DNA of 62,931 bases from a virus (Duplodnaviria > Caudoviricetes). The DNA is taken from positions 1 through 62,931 of the IMG/VR virus record IMGVR_UViG_3300017782_000013. One strand, given 5' to 3'. Numbering within the stretch: the stretch's first letter is position 1; the number at the start of each line of letters is the position of its first letter. The notes under the pieces were generated by a model. It was given only the letters and a program-made list of their open reading frames with translations. It made no database searches and had not been told where the DNA came from. A program made the position numbers and the translations under genes. Of this stretch, positions 35,168-45,200 are shown one piece after another.

Positions 35168-35539
35168 ATGAGTAGCTATAATAAACAACCAAGCAGTAGT
35201 TATTTTACAAAGAAAAAAAGACCTATGGCGGAAAAAGCTAGGGACGCAAGTAGTAGTTATTATGGTAAAGCTAAAACTAAAGCTGATAAACCAAAAAAGG
35301 TTTTAACTAAAGAAGACAAGCGTAAAGCAAAAAATGCAGGTTCTTCTTCAACTTATAAAATGACTTCTGACTATGCTACAGCACTTAAAAAGCCTAAAGT
35401 TAAAAAGAAAGTTAATATGCCTAGTAACAAATCAACTTTCAAAATGGGGTCAAATAAAGTGAAAGGTACTTCTAATGTAAAAACAAGATTTAGTGATGGA
35501 AGAGCCGTAAAAGGATTTACAAAAGGAAGACTTGTTTAG
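35168..35539 (+). CDS. Lys/Ser-rich basic protein
   Basis: 123 aa; ends in DGRAVKGFTKGRLV. Confidence 0.72.
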   Translation: MSSYNKQPSSSYFTKKKRPMAEKARDASSSYYGKAKTKADKPKKVLTKEDKRKAKNAGSSSTYKMTSDYATALKKPKVKKKVNMPSNKSTFKMGSNKVKGTSNVKTRFSDGRAVKGFTKGRLV

Positions 35540-36258
35540 TGGCTTATTTAATAAGCAACATTCCATATACTAAAGTTTGGGTTAGAAAAGAATTTACACA
35601 TGGACACGAAAAATATCACGGGGAGTTCGTACATGGTTTGGCAATCGCAGTTACAACAATGCCAGACAGATGCCTCAGCTTTCAAATCATCTTTACAGGA
35701 TGCGAAGCAGAAGAGGGAGAAGACAACCCGCACGGTGGAGCAATGTGGGCACGTATGCCCCTCACAGCCTTATGTGGCGACATCCCAATTGATGACGAAA
35801 TGCCACCTAGAATGGAGACACACCTTGCACAACCGTGGGATTGCCCCTCGCATCACCACTCTATTGTGTCCCTTGACAGGTGTAAACCTAGCCCCTGGAT
35901 TGCAAAAATTGCAGGTGAGTTTCACACAGCAAGATACTTATTTACCGTGGACTACACCGAAAGCGAAATTGCAGACTGTCCAGCCCAACACAAACAGAGT
36001 CACGTTATGGTGCTAACTGATGGTCAATGGAAAGGTAACATGGTAGCATTACCTAATAACAGGGTAAGAGTTACTAGTCCTGCTTTGTGGGTAACTGGAG
36101 AAGGTGCTCCTGACTTTAGACCGACACAATTTACGCATTGTGCAGAGCAAGATGATTCATATATGGATGCAGACGTAACTTTTGATAATTTATACCGAGA
36201 GGATGAAGATGGCGATAGGAAGAAGTCAGATGAAGAAGACTACTATGGCAACACCTAA
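35539..36258 (+). CDS. Conserved phage protein of unknown function (His/Cys-rich)
   Basis: GGAMWARMP, QPWDC, YLFTVDY, HKQSHV, PNNRV. Confidence 0.8.
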   Translation: MAYLISNIPYTKVWVRKEFTHGHEKYHGEFVHGLAIAVTTMPDRCLSFQIIFTGCEAEEGEDNPHGGAMWARMPLTALCGDIPIDDEMPPRMETHLAQPWDCPSHHHSIVSLDRCKPSPWIAKIAGEFHTARYLFTVDYTESEIADCPAQHKQSHVMVLTDGQWKGNMVALPNNRVRVTSPALWVTGEGAPDFRPTQFTHCAEQDDSYMDADVTFDNLYREDEDGDRKKSDEEDYYGNT

Positions 36259-36526
36259 ATCTAAAAAGAAATTAACTGATTTAACTGGAGATGGTAAAAT
36301 AACTTATGCTGATGTCTTAGAGGGCAGAGGCGTTAATAAAGCCAGAAAAGGAGGAGTTATGAGGATGTCAAAGGGTAAAGCCGTTATGAAAATGGCGAAA
36401 GGTAAGGCTGTTATGAAATTGTCTGGTGGTAAAAAAGTAAAAGGCGGTTCTGTTATGAAAATGGCAAAAGGTAAGGCTGTTATGAAAATGGCGAAAGGTA
36501 AAGCTGTAAGAAAACCTAAAAAATAA
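36209..36526 (+). CDS. Basic repeat protein with an EF-hand/dockerin-like loop
   Basis: MAIGRSQM..., DLTGDGKITYAD, tandem (M.M.KGKAV) repeats. Confidence 0.75.
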   Translation: MAIGRSQMKKTTMATPKSKKKLTDLTGDGKITYADVLEGRGVNKARKGGVMRMSKGKAVMKMAKGKAVMKLSGGKKVKGGSVMKMAKGKAVMKMAKGKAVRKPKK

Positions 36527-36537
36527 GAGAGGCTAAT

Positions 36538-37005
36538 ATGGCAGGTGGTGGACAAATGGGTGGTGGACAACCACCAAGTGGAGCATACGGTTCTCCCAAC
36601 TTTGATTCTTCTAATCCAGTAAATCAACCTTCATCAGGTTCAGGCATGAAGCCGCCTATGGGAGGTTTAGGTACAATGGGTATGGCTGGTATGGGTATGG
36701 CTGGTGCTATGCCTCAAGATATGGGCGGTGTTACGCCTCAACAACCTTCTGCATATGATACGGCTTATCAACCTAGATATAATTATATGTACGGAAATCC
36801 TATGGCTAATCCATTTGGTGGCGGAATGAATCCATTTTATGGTGGTTATTCTCCATTTTATCCTCAGTTACCCCAATCTGCATCATTATTTGGTCAAAAT
36901 CGTCTTTCTAGCATACAAGGAGAAATGGATGCTGAAGCGAAAGCTGAAGAGGAACGGGAAAAACGAAAAAGACCCATAGGTCATGGTCTGTATGAATACT
37001 ATTAG
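36538..37005 (+). CDS. Gly/Met/Pro/Tyr low-complexity protein
   Basis: 155 aa, GAGG RBS, disordered composition. Confidence 0.7.
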   Translation: MAGGGQMGGGQPPSGAYGSPNFDSSNPVNQPSSGSGMKPPMGGLGTMGMAGMGMAGAMPQDMGGVTPQQPSAYDTAYQPRYNYMYGNPMANPFGGGMNPFYGGYSPFYPQLPQSASLFGQNRLSSIQGEMDAEAKAEEEREKRKRPIGHGLYEYY

Positions 37006-37020
37006 GAGTATTGATAATAA

Positions 37021-37704
37021 ATGACTACTTCAAATACAGCTACATTTAATCCAGACATAAGTGAAATTATAGAAGAGGCTTATGAGAAAGCTGGTTTAGA
37101 AGTGAAATCTGGCTATGATGTAAAAACAGCTAGACGTAGTTTAAATTTAATTTCTATAGAATGGGCAAACAGAGGCGTTAATTTATGGACGATAGAAGAA
37201 GGCTCTGTGGTTTTAAGTTCAGGAACAGCAGAATACAATTTACCTGCTGACACAATAGATTTATTAGAGCAAGTTATAAGAACTACATCTGGAGGGCAAA
37301 ACCAAGACATAAATATATCTAGGATGAGTGTTAGCGATTATGCTGGAATACCTAATAAACAACAATCAGGAAAGCCTGTTCAGATTTGGATTGACCGTCA
37401 AAACACACCTCGTTTTTACGTGTGGCCTGTACCTGATAGTTCTACGACATATACCTTACGCTATTGGCGTTTGCGGCGTATTCAAGATGTGGGCAACACA
37501 GGACAGCTTACCTTTGATATTCCTTTTAGATTTATTCCTTGTTTAATAGCTGGTTTAGCCTATCAAATCGCTTCAAAAAGACCTGAAGCTGAAGCTAGAA
37601 TACCAAGATTAAAACAAGATTATGAAGAACAATGGACACTTGCTGCTCAAGAAGATAGAGAAAAATCTTCTGAAAGGTTTGTTCCACAGACTTATTCGGT
37701 GTAA
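37021..37704 (+). CDS. Head-tail adaptor / tail tubular A-like protein
   Basis: IEEAYE...TARRSLN....WANRG.NLWT...GKP.Q...VWPVPD...P.RF..CL.AGLAY. Confidence 0.75.
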   Translation: MTTSNTATFNPDISEIIEEAYEKAGLEVKSGYDVKTARRSLNLISIEWANRGVNLWTIEEGSVVLSSGTAEYNLPADTIDLLEQVIRTTSGGQNQDINISRMSVSDYAGIPNKQQSGKPVQIWIDRQNTPRFYVWPVPDSSTTYTLRYWRLRRIQDVGNTGQLTFDIPFRFIPCLIAGLAYQIASKRPEAEARIPRLKQDYEEQWTLAAQEDREKSSERFVPQTYSV

Positions 37705-37706
37705 AG

Positions 37707-38021
37707 ATGTCTAAGTTTGCATCTGGAAAACACGCAAACGCACATTGTGATAGGTGTGGGCAAAGATATAAGTATCATGAATTAAAACCTTTAGTCATAA
37801 ATAAAAAAATAACCGCAATAAGAGTTTGTCCAGAATGTTTTGAAACTGACCACCCACAATATAAAATAGGAGACTTAAACGTGTTTGATGCTCAAGCACT
37901 TCGTCATCCCCGCAAAGAAAGCGGGTTGTTTGACTCTCGAAATATATATTGGGGCTATAATCCAGTTTATAATTTAGAAATGCAGTCAGATGTAGGAACA
38001 GTAACCGTGGAAATATCATGA
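37707..38021 (+). CDS. Small Zn-binding structural-module protein
   Basis: CDRCG...VCPEC...HPQ. Confidence 0.75.
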   Translation: MSKFASGKHANAHCDRCGQRYKYHELKPLVINKKITAIRVCPECFETDHPQYKIGDLNVFDAQALRHPRKESGLFDSRNIYWGYNPVYNLEMQSDVGTVTVEIS

Positions 38022-38650
38022 ACTATACAGAACTAACTGAAGCAATTAAAAATTATACAGAAAATGATGAAGATACTTTTGTAAATTCTATACCTACGTT
38101 TGTAAAAAACGCAGAAAGGTTTATTTACAATAGTGTTAGATTACCTGCTTTAAGAAAAAACGTAACCGCAAATACTACTTCATCTAATAAATATTTATCT
38201 TCACCTAGTGATTTTTTAGCTGTCTTTGAGATAGCGATTATACAAGCAGATGGTACTTATGAATTTTTATTACCAAAAGATGTTAGTTTTATAAGACAGA
38301 ATTATCCAGACCCAGCTTATGTGGCTTTACCTAAGTATTATGCTATATTTGATGAAGATACGTTTATATTAGGCCCAACGCCTAATAGCAATTTTTCTGT
38401 AGAACTTCATTATTACTATTATCCAGAAACTATTGTAACTGCTAATACCTCTTATTTAGGGGATAACTTCGACCAAGTTTTACTTTATGGTGCTCTAATA
38501 GAAGCGTACACCTTTTTAAAAGGAGAGCCTAACATGATGAAAGAGTATAAAGAAAAATTTGGAGAGTATATGCAAACTTTAGTTACGTTAGCAAACGGAA
38601 AGTTAAAAGCAGATGTATATAGAAACAGTAAATACTTTACTAACTTTTAG
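38018..38650 (+). CDS. Head-tail adaptor protein
   Basis: MNYTEL...F...AE..I...P.DFL...PKYYA...GPTP...LLYGAL.EAY. Confidence 0.75.
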   Translation: MNYTELTEAIKNYTENDEDTFVNSIPTFVKNAERFIYNSVRLPALRKNVTANTTSSNKYLSSPSDFLAVFEIAIIQADGTYEFLLPKDVSFIRQNYPDPAYVALPKYYAIFDEDTFILGPTPNSNFSVELHYYYYPETIVTANTSYLGDNFDQVLLYGALIEAYTFLKGEPNMMKEYKEKFGEYMQTLVTLANGKLKADVYRNSKYFTNF

Positions 38651-38658
38651 AGGAATAT

Positions 38659-38946
38659 ATGTTTTTAACAGGAACAGCGACAATTAATAACGTAACAGTA
38701 AAAACTAGTAATAATGGTGGATTATCTACACAAGATTTAGCTGAAATTTGTGCAGATAAAATTATCTCTGTATCCGAAACTGCTGACCCCGCAATAAGAG
38801 AACAGGCTTTATTTTTTAAAAATAATGTGAAAAATCTGTTAGAATATTGGATAAATCAAGCAAAGCAATCTGAAAAAGACAGATGTATGCAAATTTTACT
38901 TCAGGGTGGGTATGAGGAGGCGGCTAATATATTAAGGAGATTATAA
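38659..38946 (+). CDS. Hypothetical structural-module protein
   Basis: 95 aa; KIISVS..A.P.IR.QA..F. Confidence 0.7.
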   Translation: MFLTGTATINNVTVKTSNNGGLSTQDLAEICADKIISVSETADPAIREQALFFKNNVKNLLEYWINQAKQSEKDRCMQILLQGGYEEAANILRRL

Positions 38947-38947
38947 C

Positions 38948-39379
38948 ATGGCTTTTAACGGAAGTTTTTTAGCAACCAGCTTTAAGAAAGAACTGCTTAC
39001 TGCAACGCACAATTTTACCAACGGAAGTGGTCACACTTTTAAATTAGCTTTGTACAGTAATTCAGCTACTTTAAACGCTGCAACTGAAGTGTATACAACA
39101 AATGGTGAAGTAACAGGAAATGGGTATAGTGCGGGTGGAAACACTTTAACAAATCAAACACCGACTAATAGTGGAACAACTGGATTAACTGATTTTGCGG
39201 ATACTTCTTTTTCTAATGCAACTATAACAGCTAGAGGGGCTTTAATTTATAACAGTTCTGCTAGTAATAAAGCTGTCGCAATTCTTGATTTTGGTTCGGA
39301 TAAAGCTGCGTCTTCAGGAACATTTAGCGTAATTTTCCCAACACCAGACGCAAACAATGCAATTATTAGGATAGCCTGA
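38948..39379 (+). CDS. Tail/fibre-base structural protein
   Basis: TSFK.ELL...FKLALY...GY.AGG...TARGALIYN...LDFG.DK. Confidence 0.75.
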   Translation: MAFNGSFLATSFKKELLTATHNFTNGSGHTFKLALYSNSATLNAATEVYTTNGEVTGNGYSAGGNTLTNQTPTNSGTTGLTDFADTSFSNATITARGALIYNSSASNKAVAILDFGSDKAASSGTFSVIFPTPDANNAIIRIA

Positions 39380-39771
39380 TGGCACTTATACAAGCAGATA
39401 GAGTAAAAGAAACCACAGCTACTACTGGGACTAGTGATTTTACATTAGCAGGTGCTAGTACGGGGTTTCAAACATTTGCTAGTGGTATAGGAGCTAATAA
39501 TCAATGTTATTACACTTGCACGGATGGAACTGCTTTTGAAATAGGTTTAGGCACTTTAAACGGTGCTGGTAATGTTTTAGCGAGAACAACTGTTTTTAAA
39601 TCTACTAATAGTAATAATAAGGTTTCTTTTAGTTCAGGTAGCAAAGATATTTTTGTAAGTTACCCTGCTGAAAAGGCAGTTATATTAAGTGGAAACGATA
39701 CATTAGTGTCAAAGTCAGGAGTTCCTTTAAACCAAGACCCTGTGGCTATGTCACTAATATTTGGAGGATAA
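39379..39771 (+). CDS. Tail fibre proximal protein
   Basis: DRVKETT.TTGT...FEIG.GT...YPAEK; ends in AMSLIFGG. Confidence 0.75.
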   Translation: MALIQADRVKETTATTGTSDFTLAGASTGFQTFASGIGANNQCYYTCTDGTAFEIGLGTLNGAGNVLARTTVFKSTNSNNKVSFSSGSKDIFVSYPAEKAVILSGNDTLVSKSGVPLNQDPVAMSLIFGG

Positions 39772-39772
39772 A

Positions 39773-40411
39773 ATGGCTTTAAAAGGAACACCCATAAATA
39801 TAAGTCCAACAAAACAAACATTGTTGGAAGTACCAGCTACGTTAGAAGCATCATTACACTCTCTCATATTATCTAATTCAACAGATACCGATAGAAGTGT
39901 AACGCTTTCTTATTTTAATTCTTCTGCTTCTTCAGAGTCTACATTTTTAACTACGACAGTTTCGGGTAATTCAACTTTTACTTTACCAAAACCTGTCAAC
40001 ATGGAAGCAGGGGATAAGATAGAAGCATCAGCCAACGGCACTGGTATCGTTGCTCTTGTATCTAGTTTTCAAAATAGTGCTACACCGATTGCTCAGGGAT
40101 TTAGTCCATTGGGTTCGTTTACAGCAGCTACCTCGTATGCCGTTAATGATGTAGTTTCTTTTACTGATGGGAATAGTTATTTATCAAGAACAAGTAGCAA
40201 CTTAGCTAATACTCCTAGTTCATCGCCAAGTAGTTGGCAAGTTTTAGCCCAAAAAGGAAACACAGGGGCGATAGCTTCTATAACAGCAGGGGCAGGTTTA
40301 ACTGGCGGTACTATAAACACTAACTCGGCTACTGGTACTTTTGCAGTAGACACAACCTCAATTTCAACCAAAGCAAGTGCATTAGTATTTGCAATGGTAT
40401 TCGCTAAATAG
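39773..40411 (+). CDS. Fibre adaptor: beta-sandwich + CBM5/12-like segment + C-terminal hook
   Basis: P..MEAGDKI.A; Y..NDVV...G.SY......P.....W; ends in ALVFAMVFAK. Confidence 0.7.
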   Translation: MALKGTPINISPTKQTLLEVPATLEASLHSLILSNSTDTDRSVTLSYFNSSASSESTFLTTTVSGNSTFTLPKPVNMEAGDKIEASANGTGIVALVSSFQNSATPIAQGFSPLGSFTAATSYAVNDVVSFTDGNSYLSRTSSNLANTPSSSPSSWQVLAQKGNTGAIASITAGAGLTGGTINTNSATGTFAVDTTSISTKASALVFAMVFAK

Positions 40412-40420
40412 GAGTAAGAG

Positions 40421-40774
40421 ATGGCAAACCCAAATATAGTAAATACTACTGAGATTCAAGGAAAAACTCAGACATTTGCTTTAGACGTAGCAGAGGCAAC
40501 TTTATTAACTGCATCCGCTAATACTGTTTATAAAATAAATGTAATTCAAGTAGCAAACGTAGATGGAGTAAGTGCAGCGGATGTAACTATTAAGTATCAT
40601 GATGGCACAAACAACAGACCTATAGTTTCTACTTTAAGCGTACCTGCTGATGCGGCAGTTGTAGTCACCGATAAAAACACTGGGTTTTATTTAGAAGAAA
40701 ATGATTCTATAAAAGCTAGTGCTGGAGCTTCTGCTGATTTAACTTGTATGATTTCTTATGAACGCATACTTTAA
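40421..40774 (+). CDS. Fibre adaptor protein (MANPNIV family)
   Basis: KIN.I.VANVDG...VPADA...YLEE.DSI...ISYE. Confidence 0.75.
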   Translation: MANPNIVNTTEIQGKTQTFALDVAEATLLTASANTVYKINVIQVANVDGVSAADVTIKYHDGTNNRPIVSTLSVPADAAVVVTDKNTGFYLEENDSIKASAGASADLTCMISYERIL

Positions 40775-40785
40775 GGAGATTTTAA

Positions 40786-41832
40786 GTGAGGTATATAGGC
40801 GGAGTTTTATCTTCTGTTGAACCTGAAGTAACTAGTTCTAACGCTAGTGGTGTTTTTACTTTAAACGACTACGCTCAAAAACTCTCAGCATCTAATCTTC
40901 CTGTTCCACAATTAGGCATCCAATTTATTATGGTTGGAGGAGGCGGTGCAGGTTCGCCTGGTAACGGGTCACGAGGGGGTGGCGGAGGTGCTGGAGGCGT
41001 ATTAGAATCCCTAGATTTTTCTTTTAAAATAAATAGAGGTGTTAATTACACTATTCAAATAGGTGCAGGTGGTGGTGTTACGGAATTTGTTAGTGGTACA
41101 AATGGAACAAACACAGAGGCTTTTGGTTTATCAGCTTTAGGAGGTGGTCGAGGAGCAATATCACAATATAATGTTTTTGCTGGTAGTGGTGGCTCTGGAG
41201 GTGGAACTAGTCATTACCAATTAAGAGGTGGTTTTTCTATACAAGAAGCTCCAAACGGAGTTGGTAACGTAAATGCTTTTGGTAATCATGGTGGTGGTTT
41301 TGCTGGTAGACCTAATGTTTCACCTGCTAATTCTGTACCTGGAGGTGGCGGCGGAGCTGGAGAACAAGGCAATACAGACGGAATATACCAAGGCGGTGAT
41401 GGTAAGTCTAATACTGTTTTTAAAAAAGCAGACGGTACCACTTTTTACGGAGAAGACGGTATATATGCAGGAGGAGGAGGTGGAGCTTTTGAAGCTACTA
41501 CGGCAGCTCCAACAAGCGGTATAGGCGGACTTGGTGGAGGAGGAGATACTAGTTATAAACTAAACATGGGGTTTGGAACTGCTGGTAATACAGGAGTTAT
41601 TTTTGATTATCACGTTAATGGATTACCAAATACTGGTGGTGGCGGAGGTGGAGATTTTCACCATAATAGCGTTAATTATAATCCTCCTGGTAACGGTGGT
41701 TCTGGAATACTTATTGTGAGATACCCAGACAACTTCCCTGCGGCTGTGGTAACAGGTTCACCCGAAATAGTTAACGCAAACGGTCATAGGCAATATGCTT
41801 TTTTAGCATCTGGAACATTTAAGGTAGACTAA
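40786..41832 (+). CDS. Glycine-rich tail fibre/spike protein
   Basis: ASGVFTL N-terminus; VGGGGAG, GGSGGG, NTGGGGGG and GGSGILIVRY repeats. Confidence 0.85.
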   Translation: MRYIGGVLSSVEPEVTSSNASGVFTLNDYAQKLSASNLPVPQLGIQFIMVGGGGAGSPGNGSRGGGGGAGGVLESLDFSFKINRGVNYTIQIGAGGGVTEFVSGTNGTNTEAFGLSALGGGRGAISQYNVFAGSGGSGGGTSHYQLRGGFSIQEAPNGVGNVNAFGNHGGGFAGRPNVSPANSVPGGGGGAGEQGNTDGIYQGGDGKSNTVFKKADGTTFYGEDGIYAGGGGGAFEATTAAPTSGIGGLGGGGDTSYKLNMGFGTAGNTGVIFDYHVNGLPNTGGGGGGDFHHNSVNYNPPGNGGSGILIVRYPDNFPAAVVTGSPEIVNANGHRQYAFLASGTFKVD

Positions 41833-42206
41833 TGGCACATTTTGTTAGATTAGATAAAAATAATATAGTGGTAGAAACTATTGTTGTTTCTAACTCTGTA
41901 ATTCTCGATAAGAATGGACAGGAGAACGAACAGTTGGGAATACAATGGTTAAAAAATTTTAGAGGTGGTCAAGGGACTTGGAGAAAAACCTCTTATAGTG
42001 GTAAAGAAAGAGAGAAGTTTGCGGGTATTGGATATAAATACGACACCATAAACGATATATATACACCACCTAAACCTTTTGATTCTTTTGTCTGGGATAA
42101 AACAATTAAGAATTGGAAACCGCCTGTAGCTTTAGGGAAAGATTTAAAACCCGAAGAGTATGAGTGGGATGAGTTTAATAAAACTTGGAAAAAAATAAAG
42201 GAATAA
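41832..42206 (+). CDS. Partner or chaperone of the glycine-rich fibre
   Basis: MAHF..LD.NN.V...W.KTSY...FAGIG..YD...PKPF.S..W...W.PP. Confidence 0.72.
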   Translation: MAHFVRLDKNNIVVETIVVSNSVILDKNGQENEQLGIQWLKNFRGGQGTWRKTSYSGKEREKFAGIGYKYDTINDIYTPPKPFDSFVWDKTIKNWKPPVALGKDLKPEEYEWDEFNKTWKKIKE

Positions 42207-42208
42207 CA

Positions 42209-45200
42209 ATGGGATTTAAAGGCAACATAATTAAAGCAAAAAGAACCTTACCTACTAAAGAGAAAGCCTCTGGAGTTTGGAAGGTAGAAGATGTTGCTGA
42301 AGCAAATCAAAGAGGTGAGTGGCCTGGTAAAGTTAAGAGAGACCCACATAGGGCTAATACCACTTTTATGATAAAAGCAGAAAATACAGATGGTGGAAAC
42401 AACGACAATTTAAGTGGAGATGCTTTTTTAAATGTATCTGACCACAATGCGGGAACTGGATATTTAGAAAACCAAGGCCCATCAGCAAAAGACACCTACA
42501 CTTTTAGATATTTTAATCAAGGTTTAAGACAAGCTAATAATATAGCTTCTCACGAAAACCCATTTGAAAAAGATGGATACTATTCATGGCATTTTTTCAA
42601 CGAAAATTTTAGGTCAATGATAGTTCCAAACATAGATAAAGGTTTTTGCCAAGGCGACCACTATGATTTTCATTGGGGCAGTGCAGAAGGCACACTTGAG
42701 ATGTTCATAAGACCAAATGAAACAGGTGAAATTGAAAACACTATTCAAAGTGCTATATGTGGGGCATTTACTAATAACTATGCACAAGTAAACGCAGAGC
42801 AATCTGGTTGGGCGTTATGGGAAGATAACAACAACGCACCTAGAAGAATAAGTTTTGCTTTAAAAGAACATAATACTAATGTTCTTACTCCATTTTTAAC
42901 TTCTGCCGTGCCGCATAGAGGAAGAGGTTGGGTACACGTTGCTCTAACTCGTGATAATCGTGAAACTGATTCAAGATATAGATTATTTATAAATGGTATG
43001 TTAGCCGCAACAAATACGATAGCGAAAAATACCAATTGGGGTGGTTATGAAGCAAACTACGCAATGTCTATTGGAGATTCATTATTAAATCAAAACTCTT
43101 ATTACTACAAAGGTTACATATCTAATATAAGAATATGTAAATCAGTACCTTCTGATTATGTAACATCTGCTTCTGTAGTAGGCACACATTGTTTTGACCC
43201 TCCTATGGACAGATTAACACCAGATTCTCAAGGTGCTAGTTCTTGTTCTTATTTAGGTTTGCAAAGTGCCTTGGCAAAAAACAATGCTAGTGGTTTTACT
43301 ATAGGTTACGAGTATAAAGATGGTGAAAGAGTAACTGCTTCACCTACTCATGAAATATCTAATTGGCAACCTCTTCAAGACGGAATAGGTCATCCTTGGA
43401 CAGGAACATATAATAACGCTACAAAAAACCCAGTTGCAGACCATGCTAACTATGGTGCGGAATGTAGAAACATTAGTCCATTTCATGGCGGTAATAAAAC
43501 ATTTACGTTTCAGTTAGGAAGTGCAACAGGTGTAGCTAACGGAACAGGGTTTTGTATTGAATCTGAGTTTGGTTCTGTAGGAACTGCGTTTGTTAGCGAA
43601 ACAATAACTATGTACGAAGGCTTTAAATATTCGTTTGACCAACAACACGCAACCAACTTTGGAAACCAAATAAAATTTTCTATAACAGAAGATGGAACTC
43701 ACGGAGGTGGTGTTGAATTTACTGATTTTGTTTCAGCAGAAGGGACTGCTGGTCAGTCTGCTTCATTTACTTCTATAACTATACCTAGTGGATTTACAAC
43801 TAACATAGCACCAAGATTATTTTATTACTCTGTAGGTGCTGCTAATCGTGGTGGAAAAATACAAATAAGTCCTAGATACATACCTAAATCAGAAAGTCAT
43901 AATTATGGTTCACAATTTTTTCCTTACCATGAAGAAGGTGGAAGTTTTTATCAGTTTGGTTCTGGTATGGATTCAGGTCTGTATGATACAGAAGTTACCA
44001 AAGCATTTATGTTTTCTGCTAGAGAAGCCTTTTGTTTTGAAGGGTGGTGGAAATTTGAAAGAAATACTGGCGTAGGTATAAGAGCCACAATGGGGTTTTT
44101 TGGTGCATATAACGTAACGAACCCTAACAGTCATCAATTTGTTTTTCGTATGCACGAGCTTACTGGTAATCCAAATGTAGCTATAATGGCTGGCGATACT
44201 GCTAATTACAGGTTTAATCAAGATTTATGGGTAAGTAATAATTTACAACATACTGCCCCTATAACTTTGGGAGGGTGGAATCACATTGCCGTTTGTAGAA
44301 CAAAACCACCAGTAAATACAAGTGCTGCGGTTTATGGAATATTTATAAATGGTAAAAATGTTAATTCTACTCAGGCTACAGTACAGGCAAACGGAAATAA
44401 CTTTATGCATGCCACTTACAATAAACATGGTTTTGCTTTTGGCACACCAAATAATAACGCAGTACCAGGAGCAGGTGGTTTACCTCCTCGTCTTGCAAGA
44501 AGAGGCAGATTTCCTAATTCAGATGGAAATGCGTTTATGAATAATGTTCACGTTTCTAACTTTAGATATGTAAGAGGACATTCTGTTTATAATGTATCGG
44601 CTGACCAAATATATTTACCATCTTCTCCGTTTACTACTTATCAAGGTCTTAACTCTGCTATGGCAACAACGCAGACTACGGCAGATGGAACTTCTACAGT
44701 TGTGCTTACTTTCCAGAACAAAAATGAAACAAGACAACGAGGTCTTTTAGATAAATCGCCTCAACAAAGAAGAGTAAGAACACATCCTGGAAATGCAAAT
44801 TTGCAATGTGGTACAGGTAGGTTTACTCCGTTTATAAAACCATTTGGGTATTGGTCTGGTTACTTCAGACAAAACTCTTATTTAGATATTACAAAAGAAT
44901 CTACCAGCACGGTGTTTAACGGAACAAATGCAGATGATACGTTTACATTAGAAGCATTTATTATGAACACTGCTCCTTCTATTTCTACAAGCGGTACTGA
45001 TGACCAATTCAATTATATATTTGTAAAAGGTCTAGGAACTAATATTGGTAAAGGTTTAGGAGTTACGACAGATGGTAAGTTAAGATTTATATACTATGAT
45101 GACACTTCAACGCAACACGTTATTGTAGAGTCTGCGGCTGGAAAAATAAAGTTTGGGCCTTGGTATCACGTTGCTGTATCAAACGCATCGGGTTCAGGAA

